64,000 bases of DNA from an uncultured Acidobacteriota bacterium (GCA_963809485.1 CAWEJX010000020.1:1056001-1120000); one strand, 5' to 3'. Positions 20,160 to 30,733 are shown, numbered from the stretch's first letter. The notes: generated by a model from the sequence alone, not told the origin. Numbers and translations are program-made.

Positions 20160-21310
20160 ATGGGTGCGCACAAGAATCCGGGACCCCGCGGGAAATCCCC
20201 GGAGCAAAGCGAAAATCAGCCTTCCCTGCAGGCTCATATCCTTGCCGAACGGGTAAAGGAACTGAACTGCCTTTACACGATATCAAAAATTTTCGACCGC
20301 AGGGGCCTCGACCTCGACAGCATTATCCGCAGGACCATTGAGGTGATCCCTGCAGCCTGGCAGCATGCGGATGTCGCCGGAGTGCGGGTCAGGCTCGATA
20401 AAAAATCCTTTCGGACAGACAGATTCAGGCAGAGCCGCTGGATGCAGGAATGCCCGATTATCGTGCAGGGAGTCCCGGTCGGGAGCATCGCCGTGAGCTA
20501 TTGCCAAAAACGGCCGGAGCAGGACGAAGGGCCCTTTTTGAAGGAGGAACGGAATCTGCTCAATGTCATCGCTCAAAGACTGGGCGATATCATTGAGCGC
20601 AAATGGTCGGAACAAAAACTGCTGCGCTATCAGGAGGAGCTCCGATCCCTGGCCACGGAACTGGCTCTGAGTGAAGAGCGGGAACGTCGACGAATCGCCC
20701 AGGCGCTGCACGACAGAATCGGGCAGGTCCTTGCGCTGATCAACATCAAAATCGGCGCCTGGCCGAGGCGCATTCCTCCCGGTCCCTGGCTCGGGAGTTG
20801 GACCACGTACGCAGCCTTGTTTCGGAGTCCATCACTGAAACCCGGTCCCTAACCTTCGACCTAAGCCCGCCCATTCTGTATGAACTCGGATTTGAAGCGG
20901 CGCTGGAGTGGCTTGCGGAACGTATCCAACAGCAGTACGGTGTGAATGTCGAAATGCGCTGCGGCGGAAAGGAATTAGCCCTCGACAACGAGTGGCGGGC
21001 GACCCTGTTCGCGGCGATCCGGGAGCTCCTGGTCAACGTCGGGAAACACGCCAAAGCACGGGCCGCTCGGGTAACGCTGAGGAAAAGCAATGGGAATATT
21101 GTCGTAACCGTCGAAGACAAGGGAATCGGGATGGATCCGATTCACCGGACGGGAGAAAAAGCCGCTGAAGGATTCGGCCTTTTCAGCATTCGGGAGCGGT
21201 TTCGTTTCATGGGCGGCCGCGTCGAATTATCTTCAAGGCGCGGAAAGGGAACTTCTGTGACGCTTATTGTGCCGGTCAAGGAACGCGAAAAGCCCGAAGA
21301 ACGGGGGTGA
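20160..21310 (+). pseudogene. cytoplasmic HisKA_3 sensor histidine kinase, split by a 1-bp deletion near 20757-20760 (real or assembly error)
   Basis: ERVKELNCLY...EGPFLKEE; EERERRRIAQALHD; restoring one C (GCC-CTG) gives KIGALAEAHSSRSLARELDHVR in frame with LSPPIL, ELLVNVGKHA, DKGIG, GFGLFSIRER. Confidence 0.85.
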
Positions 21311-21314
21311 AGTC

Positions 21315-21977
21315 TTGACGATTCGAATTCTGATCGCCGACGACCACAAAATCGTGTGCGACGGCCTGAAGGCCTTGCTGGAAAAGCAGCCCGAAATGGA
21401 AATTGTCGCCCAGGCGGCTAACGGAAGAGAAGCCGTGAAGCTCGCGGATGCGCACCAGCCGGATATGGTTATCATGGACGTGGCGATGCCCGACCTCAAC
21501 GGCCTCGAGGCCATGCGCCAGATTCTCTCCGCCCGTCCGCAAATCAAGGTCATCGCTCTCTCCATGCATGCCGACAGGCGCTATGTGACCGGCATGCTTT
21601 CAGCCGGGGCCTCCGGATACATCCTCAAGCATTGCGCCTTCGAGGAACTGGTGCAGGCCATTCACATCGTTCTCTCCAATCAGGTCTATTTGAGCCCGGC
21701 AATTGCGGGAATCGTCGTTCAGGAGCTTGCCCAGCCAAAGCGCGCACGGACAAGACGCTCCTCTCCGAATATCCAGGCTCTCACGTCCAGAGAGCGCGAG
21801 GTGCTGCAGCTGATCTCCGAGGGACACAGCGCCCGCGAAATCGCGCGACGGCTTCATCTGAGCGTGAAGACGATCGAAACTCATCGCAGGCAGATGATGG
21901 AAAAGCTCGAAATTCACAGCGTGGCCGATCTCACCAAGTTCGCAATTCGCGAAGGCTTGACTTCACTGGAAAAATAG
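21315..21977 (+). CDS. NarL/FixJ-family response regulator
   Basis: ILIADDH, MDVAMPDLNG, GYILK, LTSREREVLQLISEG...LSVKTIETHR; TTG start. Confidence 0.93.
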   Translation: MTIRILIADDHKIVCDGLKALLEKQPEMEIVAQAANGREAVKLADAHQPDMVIMDVAMPDLNGLEAMRQILSARPQIKVIALSMHADRRYVTGMLSAGASGYILKHCAFEELVQAIHIVLSNQVYLSPAIAGIVVQELAQPKRARTRRSSPNIQALTSREREVLQLISEGHSAREIARRLHLSVKTIETHRRQMMEKLEIHSVADLTKFAIREGLTSLEK

Positions 21978-22060
21978 CCCGACTCCGCTCCTGCGACCTG
22001 CAACAGCCCAAACCCCATAGTCGATTCTTATCTGCCATCCGCTGATGTCTTAGTCCATGA

Positions 22061-22098
22061 GTCATCCAATGGATGACCGTATCTCATCCGAATGATGA
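22061..22098. promoter_or_regulatory. tandem TCATC-N5-GATGA inverted repeats, candidate NarL-type operator
   Basis: GTCATCC-AAT-GGATGAC (22061-22077) and TCATC-CGAAT-GATGA (22084-22098); centres 22 bp apart. Confidence 0.5.
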
Positions 22099-22180
22099 AA
22101 AAATTTCGGTCATTCCCTTCCCGAAATTTAGTCTATTCCCGATTGCGCCTTGCGGCCTGCCGGAAGATTATTAGGAGCTC

Positions 22181-22630
22181 ATGAACCGCGGGAGGGAGCG
22201 AAGAGTGCCGCCCGATATTTTCGGCAACCTCAGCCGGGGCAACAATGTCATCGCGAAGCTGGAGGAACTCGGCTCGCTGAAAAGCCTGGACGAGCACCAG
22301 ATTGGGATGGCGCGGATTTTGAGGTTCAGGCAGAACCCGTCGCTTATTGATGCAACGCTGAAGCACACGCTGAGAATCGAGAAGGCTTCAGACATCCTGA
22401 TCGCTGAGGTGCTCAACGTGCTTGCCGCCCGGGACCTTCCGGTTTCCACGAGAGCCTTGGCTGCCGGGGCGCTCGGGCACCTAATCCACTGCCGCCCGGC
22501 GGATGCAATTTCCGATTTCGACATGGACACGGTCATCGAGTCGATGTCCTGCATATTGTCCAGGGCGGATTCCCCGGTCCTCAAGAAGGCTCTGTTCAAA
22601 GCCCTCGACCTGGCGCGAAGCCGGAAATAA
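22181..22630 (+). CDS. hypothetical helical (HEAT-like) protein
   Basis: AGGAG RBS; amphipathic helices, RALAAGALG motif. Confidence 0.6.
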   Translation: MNRGRERRVPPDIFGNLSRGNNVIAKLEELGSLKSLDEHQIGMARILRFRQNPSLIDATLKHTLRIEKASDILIAEVLNVLAARDLPVSTRALAAGALGHLIHCRPADAISDFDMDTVIESMSCILSRADSPVLKKALFKALDLARSRK

Positions 22631-22743
22631 TGCAAGCTATTTTTCGGCGTTTGTCGGCGTTATATTACACAAGCCTTCCCATGCCCCTAAGATTTGAAGA
22701 GTATGCTTACAGTGAGAGCTGAAGCCACAATCACGGAGATTTA

Positions 22744-22835
22744 ACGCCGACCTACGCTGAAAGGACGCCGACTCACGCTGTAAAAAAATAGATTTTTTCG
22801 GCGTTTGTCAGCGTTTTGTCAGCGTATATCAGCGT
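22744..22835. repeat. inverted pair of 4x ACGCYGA modules (long hairpin/cruciform)
   Basis: 22744-22780 (+) and 22798-22835 (-), both 10/11/10 spacing, around an A/T-rich centre. Confidence 0.8.
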
Positions 22836-22903
22836 TACAGAATAATGCCGTTGCCAAATGCTGCAAGTCCCCGCAAATTCCGGGATTTTGCCGCTGAACT
22901 GAT

Positions 22904-24409
22904 TTACTGGCTGCCGGATCTGATTACCGACGTAATCGCGCCGTACATGCGGCGATATGCTTCATATCCCGCATTCATCCGGGCCGCGGACGCAGGCTGC
23001 GGCGCAATGCGCCGGGACACACGCACCACGTCGCTGCAGGCGTCATCCACGGATTTCCACCTTCCTTCCCCGACCCCCGCAAGGATGGCCGCCCCATAGG
23101 CAGCGCCTTCCTCAGCCTCCACGATTTCCACCTCATGGTTGTAAACATCCGCCTGTATCTGGCGCCACAGGGCCGATCTTGCGCCCCCGCCGCCCAGGCG
23201 TATGCTGTGGACCGGGACGCCCATTTCCGAAAAGAGCGTGAACGAATCTTTGAGGCTGTAGGCCACTCCCTCGAGAATGGCGCGGATCACGTGTCCTCTT
23301 GTATGCGATGCGGTCAAACCGATCAGCGCTCCGCGGGCAAGCGGGTCCAGGTGCGGAGTGCGTTCTCCCATGAGATACGGCGCCCACAATAGCCCGTCGG
23401 AACCGGCAGGAACCGCGGAAGCTTCTTCAACCAGTCGATCGTACGGGTCCCGGCCGTCATCCGTACCGGCGCCGAAATGATCACGGAACCAGCGAAGCGA
23501 AAGCCCGGCGGCCTGGGTAACGCCCATGACGTGCCATCGTCCCGGCACAGCGTGGCAGAATGTGTGTAGACGGCCCACGGGATCAAGCGACGGCTTGCCG
23601 GTGGCCGCAAAAACTACGCCCGACGTCCCGATCGTGACGCTTACGGCGCCGGGCGCCACGATTCCCATCCCTGTCGCGCCGGCAGCCTGATCTCCGGCGC
23701 CGGCGACAACCGGCGTCCCGGTCTTAAGCCCCGATGCCGAGGCGCCGGCCGGTGACACCTGGCCGCATATTTCGGGCGATTCAAACAGTCCGGGCAGCAG
23801 GGACTCCTCGATTTCCGCCGCCTGAAGGATCTCACGGGACCACCTGCGCCCGGCAACATCCAGCAGCAGCGTCCCCGATGCATCCGCCACATCCGTGGCG
23901 CGCTCCCCGGTCAGCCGGAAGCGGACGTAATCCTTGGGGAGCATCACGGAACGGACCCGCTTCCATTGCCCGGGTTCGTGCCTGCGCACCCAGAGGAACC
24001 TGGTCAGGGTGAAATTCGGGAGCGCCGGATTGCACGTAAGCCGTATCAGGCGTTCCGCGCCCACCTTCAGCGTAAGTTCCGCACATTCCTCCGCGGTCCT
24101 CACGTCGCACCAGATAAGCGCCGGGCGCACCACCTGGTCGCCTTTATCCAGCATCACGGCGCCGTGCATCTGGCCGGAAAAACCCACGCAGGCGATGCTG
24201 CCTCCGCTCAAACCTGCGCCGGCCAGCGCCTTGCGAATCGCCAGGGAACAGGCGCGCCACCAGTCCTCCGGATTCTGCTCCGCCCATCCTATTTGCGCAG
24301 AGGCAAAAGCTTCGTGCTCCTCGGTTGCCGAAGCCGCCACACGCCCCCTCTCGTCAAGGATGAGCGCCCGCGTCCCTCCTGTCCCCACATCTATTCCCAG
24401 AAGATACAT
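22904..24409 (-). CDS. xylB: xylulokinase (FGGY family)
   Basis: LGIDVGTGG, SGQMHG, PALIWCDVR, LPKDYVR, DASGT, GAGDQAAGA, IGTSG, PYLMGERTP, EGVAY. Confidence 0.92.
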   Translation of the reverse strand: MYLLGIDVGTGGTRALILDERGRVAASATEEHEAFASAQIGWAEQNPEDWWRACSLAIRKALAGAGLSGGSIACVGFSGQMHGAVMLDKGDQVVRPALIWCDVRTAEECAELTLKVGAERLIRLTCNPALPNFTLTRFLWVRRHEPGQWKRVRSVMLPKDYVRFRLTGERATDVADASGTLLLDVAGRRWSREILQAAEIEESLLPGLFESPEICGQVSPAGASASGLKTGTPVVAGAGDQAAGATGMGIVAPGAVSVTIGTSGVVFAATGKPSLDPVGRLHTFCHAVPGRWHVMGVTQAAGLSLRWFRDHFGAGTDDGRDPYDRLVEEASAVPAGSDGLLWAPYLMGERTPHLDPLARGALIGLTASHTRGHVIRAILEGVAYSLKDSFTLFSEMGVPVHSIRLGGGGARSALWRQIQADVYNHEVEIVEAEEGAAYGAAILAGVGEGRWKSVDDACSDVVRVSRRIAPQPASAARMNAGYEAYRRMYGAITSVIRSGSQ

Positions 24410-24592
24410 GCTCCCTCCCCGCCCCAGGCATGCCTAATACAAAATATGATATAGTATTTTGCTTACATAATTTATTACGTTCAAACGTTCCACCCGCAAA
24501 AGCCAAATTGAGCTTATCGTGTACGTTAACGGGATGCTATAGTATCACCCACTTGCTGGATTGCGGCAAACGCCATCCGTACCGGAGGAGCC

Positions 24593-26935
24593 ATGAGGCC
24601 ATTGAAGGTTTTTTCGTTTATCACCATGTTCTGTTTTCTGGCGGTGTCCGTCTCATCGCAGGAAGCTCTTCCTTATCGCAATCCCAGGCTGCCTATGGAG
24701 CAACGCATCGCGGACCTGCTGTCCCGCATGACGCTCGAGGAGAAAATCGCCCAGGTAACCAGCGCGATGGAAAACCTCGCCAATGTGTCGGATCCCAAGT
24801 CTGCCCTGGTCGATGAAAAAGGCAAATTCCTTCCGGAACGCGCCGCCGTCCTGATGAAAGACGGCCTGGGGCAGTTGTCGCGCCCGAGCGGGATGCGTGG
24901 CCCGCGTGAGATGGCTGAATTTACCAATAGCATTCAGAAATGGGTCAAAGAGAACACCCGGCTCGGCATTCCGGTCCTGTTTCACGAAGAGTGCCTGCAC
25001 GGGCATGCCGCTCCCAAAGGCACCTCCTATCCCCAGGCTATCGCCCTGGCGTCAACCTGGGACCCGGAACTCGTCCAAAAGGTCTTCGACGCCACAGCCT
25101 TCGAAGTCCGCGCGCGCGGCGCGCAACAGTGCCTGACGCCGGTGCTGGACCTTGCGCGCGAGCCGCGCTGGGGCCGAACGGAAGAGACCTATGGGGAGGA
25201 TCCCTATCTTGGATCGCGGATCGGGGTTGCTGCCGTGAAGGGATTTCAGGGCAACGGTCCCTTCATCGACAAAACCCACGTGATCGCGACAGCAAAGCAT
25301 TTTGCCGTACATGGCCAGCCGGAAGGCGGCTCCAACGTGGCGCCCGGAAATTATTCGGAGCGCGTCATACGCGAATATTTCCTGAAGCCGTTTGAAGCGG
25401 TGGTCAAGGAAGGCAAAGTCCAGAGCGTCATGGCATCGTACAATGAGATCGACGGCATCCCTTCCCACAGCAACAGGTTTTTGCTGGATACCATTCTCCG
25501 GCAGGAATGGGGATTCGACGGCGTAGTCGTTTCCGACTATTTCGGGATCCGGCAGTTGCGGACAACCCATCATGTGGTGGACTCCAATGAGGAAGCCGCA
25601 AAGCTGGCCCTGGAATCGGGAGTGGATATCGAGCTTCCCTACATCGAGGCCAATCACCTGCTGGCCGATCTCGTGAAGCAGGGTAAGGTTTCGGAATCCT
25701 ACCTGGACCGTGCGGTCGCCCGCGTGCTTCAGTCCAAATTTATCACGGGCCTTTTCGACGATCCCTTCGTCAATCCCGCATACGCCGAGAAGATCACCAA
25801 CAGCACCGAACACCAGAAGCTGGCGCTCGAAGCGGCGCGCAAATCCATCATCCTTCTCAAGAACCAGGGCAACCTGCTTCCGCTCAAACGCAATAGCTAC
25901 CGCCGGATAGCCGTGATCGGCCCCAACGCGGCCGAAGTGCACCTCGGAGGATACAGCGGCATGCCGGGCCGCGGCGTGAGCATCCTGCAGGGGATCAGGG
26001 ATAAGGCGGGCAGGGACACCGAGATCCTTTACGCCGAAGGCTGCAAGATCACCGAATCTCTTCCCGACTGGAATGCCGACAAAGTCGTGCTCGGAGATCC
26101 AGAGCTGAATGCAAAACGCATTCAGGAGGCCGTAACCGTCGCCGAAAAAGCCGACCTCATCATTCTCGCGCTAGGCGGGAACGAGCAGACTTCGAGGGAA
26201 GCCTGGGCGGGCAACCACCTCGGCGACCGCGACAACCTGGATCTTCCCGGCAACCAGGACGACCTTGCGAAAGCCATGGTGGCGCTGGGCAAACCGGTAG
26301 TGGTATTCCTGCAGCACGGCAGACCGAATTCCATTAATTATGTCGCAGAGAACGTTCCGGCAATCCTGGAAGGCTGGTATTTGGGACAGGAAGGCGGGGC
26401 AGCTGTCGCCGACGTTCTTTTCGGAGATGTCAATCCCGGCGGCAAGCTGCCGGTATCGGTGCCCCGTTCCACGGGCCAGCTGCCGATTTACTATTATCAA
26501 AAGCCCTCCGCAAGGCTCCAGTACCTGGGCTCCACCTCGCAGCCGCTTTACCCCTTCGGCTGGGGTTTGAGCTACACGACCTTTAAATACGCTAACCTTA
26601 CTCTGTCGCCAGAATCGATCGGGACCGAGGGAAGGACCAAGGTGTCGGTCGACGTGACCAACACGGGATCCGTGCGCGGCGACGAGGTGGTCCAGATCTA
26701 TATTCGCGACGAAGTAAGCTCCGTAACGCGTCCGGTCAAGGAATTGAGAGGATTCCGCCGGATCACGCTCGATCCCGGCAAAGCGCAAACCGTGTCATTC
26801 ACCCTGGGGCCCGACGAGCTCTCTTTCCTCAACCGCGACATGCGGCGGGTGGTGGAGCCTGGAACGTTCAATATTATGGCCGGCGGCAATTCGGCGGAAC
26901 TGATCGAAACCACCCTGACCGTTTTGGCTAAATAA
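24593..26935 (+). CDS. secreted GH3 beta-glucosidase/beta-xylosidase with Fn3-like domain
   Basis: EECLHG, REPRWGRTEETYGED, AKHFA, VMASYN, VVSDY, PFGWGLSYTTF, RPVKELRGF. Confidence 0.93.
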   Translation: MRPLKVFSFITMFCFLAVSVSSQEALPYRNPRLPMEQRIADLLSRMTLEEKIAQVTSAMENLANVSDPKSALVDEKGKFLPERAAVLMKDGLGQLSRPSGMRGPREMAEFTNSIQKWVKENTRLGIPVLFHEECLHGHAAPKGTSYPQAIALASTWDPELVQKVFDATAFEVRARGAQQCLTPVLDLAREPRWGRTEETYGEDPYLGSRIGVAAVKGFQGNGPFIDKTHVIATAKHFAVHGQPEGGSNVAPGNYSERVIREYFLKPFEAVVKEGKVQSVMASYNEIDGIPSHSNRFLLDTILRQEWGFDGVVVSDYFGIRQLRTTHHVVDSNEEAAKLALESGVDIELPYIEANHLLADLVKQGKVSESYLDRAVARVLQSKFITGLFDDPFVNPAYAEKITNSTEHQKLALEAARKSIILLKNQGNLLPLKRNSYRRIAVIGPNAAEVHLGGYSGMPGRGVSILQGIRDKAGRDTEILYAEGCKITESLPDWNADKVVLGDPELNAKRIQEAVTVAEKADLIILALGGNEQTSREAWAGNHLGDRDNLDLPGNQDDLAKAMVALGKPVVVFLQHGRPNSINYVAENVPAILEGWYLGQEGGAAVADVLFGDVNPGGKLPVSVPRSTGQLPIYYYQKPSARLQYLGSTSQPLYPFGWGLSYTTFKYANLTLSPESIGTEGRTKVSVDVTNTGSVRGDEVVQIYIRDEVSSVTRPVKELRGFRRITLDPGKAQTVSFTLGPDELSFLNRDMRRVVEPGTFNIMAGGNSAELIETTLTVLAK

Positions 26936-26938
26936 ACG

Positions 26939-27125
26939 GGTAATCACCCAGCTCTGCCGGGACTCACAGAGTTTGACAGCTCCAGGATCATTGAAGGCTG
27001 ACGGGCAATGACAAAACACTGACGAACGCCGATCCCTAAGGCGGCGGTCGGCGTTCGTCGGCGATTTTCAGCGTAGGTCAGCCTTATGGATCCTTGAGCT
27101 GTCATAATCTTTAGGTGCCCCAGCA
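26939..27125. mobile_element. degenerate palindromic derivative: two inverted IS200-type left ends enclosing two inverted ACGCYGA modules
   Basis: ggtaatcacccagctctgccgggactcacagagtttgacagctcc at 26939-26983 is the reverse complement of the element left end; gagctgtcataatctttagg at ~27096; modules at 26995-27032 and 27048-27083. Confidence 0.6.
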
Positions 27126-27211
27126 AAATTTGATGCTGCCGATGCATTCAGTGTATTTCGTTCAAAAAAATCCATCACGTTATTGCCGGAATTCCAGCCG
27201 GAGCCGCTGCC

Positions 27212-28627
27212 ATGAAAAATGAATTGAGATTGAACGAAGACCGCCTTTTCCCATCGGATCCGGATCAGCGCTCCATTGCCCGGAGGCTCTATGCTGAGGT
27301 CGAATCTCTGCCCATAATCAGCCCGCATGGCCACACGGATCCGCAATGGTTCGCGGAGAATGAACCTTTCCGCGATCCGGCCAGCCTGCTGGTTATTCCG
27401 GACCATTACGTATACCGTATGCTTTACAGCCAGGGAGTGCCGCTCGAGTCTTTGGGCGTTCCCGCAACGGATGGCCGGGCCGTGGAGCAGGACTCGCGCA
27501 GGATCTGGCGATTGTTCGCACAGAACTGGTTTCTGTTTCGCGGCACACCCACGCAGATTTGGTTCCACCACGTGCTGCACGAAGTATTCCACATCCGGGA
27601 ACGCCTGACGCCGGAATCGGCCGACCGCATCCATGACCGGATCGCCGATTGTCTCGCCCGCCCCGAGTTTCTTCCGCGGGCTCTTTTCGAGCGATTCAAC
27701 ATAGAGGTGCTGGCGACAACCGAGTCGCCGCTGGATCCGTTACGGCACCACAATAAACTGCGAAGCTCCGGGTGGAGCGGCCGGGTAATTCCAACCTATC
27801 GTCCCGATCCCGTAACCGATCCGGAGTTTGAGGGTTTCCCCGGCAACGTTAAAAAACTCGGGGAAATCACGGGTGAAGACACCGCCACGTGGCGGGGCTA
27901 TTTGCGCGCGCTATTCGACCGCCGCCGCTTTTTTGCCTCGCTCGGAGCCACCGCGACGGATCACGGCCATCTTACGGCGGCCACGCGCGACCTGTCCCCT
28001 GATGCATGTGAGACTCTTCTGAAAAAGGCGATGCGGGGCGACATTACACCGGAGGAGGCCGAAGAGTTCCGCGGCCAGATGCTCACGGAAATGGCGCGGA
28101 TGAGCATCGAAGACGGGCTGGTGATGCAGCTTCACCCCGGAGCTTTCCGGAACCACAACATCTCCCTGTTCCGTGATTTCGGAAAAGACAAAGGCGCGGA
28201 TATTCCCATGCGCACCGATTATGTGCGCGCGCTCAAACCGCTTCTGGACCGCTTCGGAACCGACAGCCGGCTGTCGCTGATTCTCTTCACTCTCGATGAG
28301 TCGGCCTATTCCAGAGAACTTGCCCCGCTGGCCGGCCATTATCCCGCGCTCAAGCTCGGTCCCGCCTGGTGGTTTTACGACAGTCCCGAAGGTATGCGCT
28401 TCTTCCGCGAACGGACCACCGAAACCGCCGGTTTTTACAATACCGCGGGTTTCAATGACGACACCCGGGCGTTCCCCTCGATCCCGGCGCGGCATGACGC
28501 TGCAAGGCGGATGGACTGCGCCTTTCTAGCGCGCCTGGCGGCCGAGCACCGGCTCGATGAAGACGAAGCGCGGGATGTGGCAATCGATCTTGCATACCGG
28601 CTGGCAAAAAAGGCCTATAAGCTGTAA
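27212..28627 (+). CDS. uxaC: glucuronate (uronate) isomerase
   Basis: LPIISPHGHTDP, PDHYVYRMLYSQG, FRGTP, MQLHPG, LGPAWWFYDS, GFNDDTRAF..IPARHD. Confidence 0.95.
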   Translation: MKNELRLNEDRLFPSDPDQRSIARRLYAEVESLPIISPHGHTDPQWFAENEPFRDPASLLVIPDHYVYRMLYSQGVPLESLGVPATDGRAVEQDSRRIWRLFAQNWFLFRGTPTQIWFHHVLHEVFHIRERLTPESADRIHDRIADCLARPEFLPRALFERFNIEVLATTESPLDPLRHHNKLRSSGWSGRVIPTYRPDPVTDPEFEGFPGNVKKLGEITGEDTATWRGYLRALFDRRRFFASLGATATDHGHLTAATRDLSPDACETLLKKAMRGDITPEEAEEFRGQMLTEMARMSIEDGLVMQLHPGAFRNHNISLFRDFGKDKGADIPMRTDYVRALKPLLDRFGTDSRLSLILFTLDESAYSRELAPLAGHYPALKLGPAWWFYDSPEGMRFFRERTTETAGFYNTAGFNDDTRAFPSIPARHDAARRMDCAFLARLAAEHRLDEDEARDVAIDLAYRLAKKAYKL

Positions 28628-28704
28628 AGGCAGCCGCCAAGGCTTTTTGGCAAATAAAGCCTGTTCCGCTGCCTCAAGTGTCAGCCTTCGTCGGCTTTTG
28701 CTCA

Positions 28705-28825
28705 CCGACCCTCGCCGAACAAATCGGCGTTTGTCAGCGCTTTTGTCAGCGTATCTCAGCGTTTCAAAACACGGAGCTGTCAAACCCTATGAGTCCCCCG
28801 GCAGAGCTGTGGGTTTACCAATAGA
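28705..28825 (-). mobile_element. partial copy (left end + cargo) of IS200/IS605-type non-autonomous element
   Basis: ccgaccctcgccgaacaaatcggcgtttgtcagcgc...ggagctgtcaaaccctatgagtcccccggcagagc...gtttaccaataga; flanked by TGAT on the minus strand. Confidence 0.8.
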
Positions 28826-28950
28826 ATCACCGGGAAAAACCTGGAAATTGCCAATGCGGCTAATGATCAAAAGCCTCCGCTCCGGGATTGATCTTTTTTG
28901 CACTTTCCTATTGTGTTGGCCAATCTCTGACTCGATAATCGCTGGGCGCA

Positions 28951-29163
28951 GTCAGGTACCTCCGGCAAAGCCGGAGGCTTGAAAGATTGGAACCGCTCAA
29001 AGCGGTTGGAGGAGTTACGCCGGTCTTGAACGCTGACTTACGCGGGCAAAAGCCGAACAAATCGGCGTTTGTCAGCGCTTTTATCAGCGTTTCTCAGCGT
29101 TTCAAAATACGGAGCCGTCAAACTCTTTGAGTCCCCCAGCAGCGCCGCGGGTTTACCAATGTA
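28951..29163 (-). mobile_element. non-autonomous IS200/IS605-type element (PATE/MITE-like), copy A
   Basis: gtcaggtacctccggcaaagccggaggcttg...aaccgctcaaagcggtt...tcagcg repeats...ggagccgtcaaactctttgagtccccc...gtttaccaatgta; target TAAT. Confidence 0.85.
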
Positions 29164-29222
29164 ATTATGTTTGATGATGAGCAGTTCGGAAGAAGGGAAT
29201 CATAAGCCGAAGGAGAAACACA

Positions 29223-30556
29223 ATGGCAGCAAAACCGGAGAATTGGAAATCGCTGACGGCGGAAGAAAAAGAAAAATCAGGCTGGACGCCTGGATTCGCG
29301 GAGACGGGATCAAGTTCGAGAGTCCCGAAGCACGCGCAAGATTCATCGAACGCGCAACACGCTTCAGAGACGCCCTGGAAATGAAGAAGCTCCCGGACCG
29401 GGTGCCTATTGCGGGCCTGGGAGGCGCTTTTGTTTACCGGAGAGCCGGCATCCCTCAGAAGGCGACTATGTACGACCGGTGGGAAGAGGCGTCCAAGGCC
29501 GTGATCAGGTTCCACGAAGATTTCCAGCCCGACAGCACGGCGGCCACATTCATGATGTCCGGGGCCTCCATGGAGGTGCTCGGTCAGACCAACATGAAGT
29601 GGGCCGGATACGGCCTGCCCGACGACGTTCAGTACCAATACGTGGAACAGGAATACATGAAGGCCGAGGAATATGATCACTTCCTGCTGGATCCTTCGGA
29701 CTTTGTTTTGCGCCGTTTTCTGCCCCGGATGTACCGGTCTCTAAAAGGGCTCGAAAAGATGGCGAATTTCGGAAGCCAGGGAATCCAGATCGGCGCCCGG
29801 GTGATTTACCCCTTCCTCGACCCCGAGGTGCAGGAAGCGCTGAGCCTGATGAAGAAGGCCGCCGAATTGACGTTGCCGCCGGCGAAGATTTCGATGGAAA
29901 TGTCGAATAAAATCCTCGGGATGGGTTTCCCGCGCCTGTTCATGGGATTCGGGGCGGCTCCCTTCGACGTGGTCGGAGACACTTTGCGGGGCACACGCGG
30001 CGTCATGGTGGATCTCTACCGCTGCCCGGACAAGGTGCTCCGTGCGTGCGAAAAGGTCCTCGACCTCACGCCCGTGCCCGACATCCCGCTGGGCGAGCCG
30101 CCGCTCATCATGATGCCGCTGCACAAGGGCGACGACACGCACATCTCGCGCAAGCAGTTTGAAAAATTTTACTGGCCGACCTTCAAGCAGCTCATGCTGA
30201 ACATGATCGACGAGGGCCTGATACCTTCTCCGTTTGCAGAGGGCACCTACAACCAGCGGCTGGACTATTTGACCGAGCTTCCCAAAGCGTCGGTGTTGTG
30301 GTTCTTCGACCGCACGGACATGCACAAGGCGAAAGACGTCCTCGGCGGTCACAGTCCCATCATGGGCAACGTCCCGATCACGCTGATCGCCACCGGGGCG
30401 CCCGAACAGGTCAAGGCCTGCTGCAAGGACCTCATCGATTATTGCGGCAAGGGAGGGGGATATATTCTGTGCTCGGGAACCCAGCTCGACGACGCCAAGG
30501 AAGAGACCGTCCGGGCAATGATCGATTTCACCAGGGAATACGGAGTCTATAGGTAA
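29223..30556 (+). CDS. uroporphyrinogen decarboxylase/MtaA-CmuA methyltransferase-family protein; 1-bp deletion in A-run at 29266-29270
   Basis: KKLPDRVP, MKAEEYD, APFDVVGDTLRG, FEKFYWPTFK, GNVP, GGGYIL. AAGGAG-ATG 29223 reads MAAKPENWKSLTAEEK and joins RKIRLDAW if one A is restored. Confidence 0.8.
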
Positions 30557-30733
30557 AATCAAACCGATTCCGGCGAATCGAGGGCTTAAGCGATCGAGCC
30601 TATCCAAGCCGCCGGAAGCGTTCGACGGGTCTTAACCGGTCCCATACGCCGGCAAAGGTCCCATGCCTGCGTCTTTTGCCGGCGTATTTCATCCTGCGCC
30701 CGATTCCGGGCGCATCCTGACATCCCCATTCCT

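Noticed and set aside
22744-22835. CRISPR array interpretation of the ACGCYGA repeats
   Set aside because: Units are 7 bp with 3-5 bp spacers, and there are no cas genes.
28557-28982. Short ORFs sharing SALLSAYLSVSK peptides (also 34472-34717 and the 5' part of 48069-48587)
   Set aside because: These are translations of the non-coding element; no RBS, and frames are not preserved between copies.
28951-29040. TnpB/IscB guide-RNA (omega/reRNA) locus
   Set aside because: The right end could in principle be transcribed into flanking DNA, but no tnpB/iscB remnant is present and nothing supports a scaffold beyond the end hairpins.
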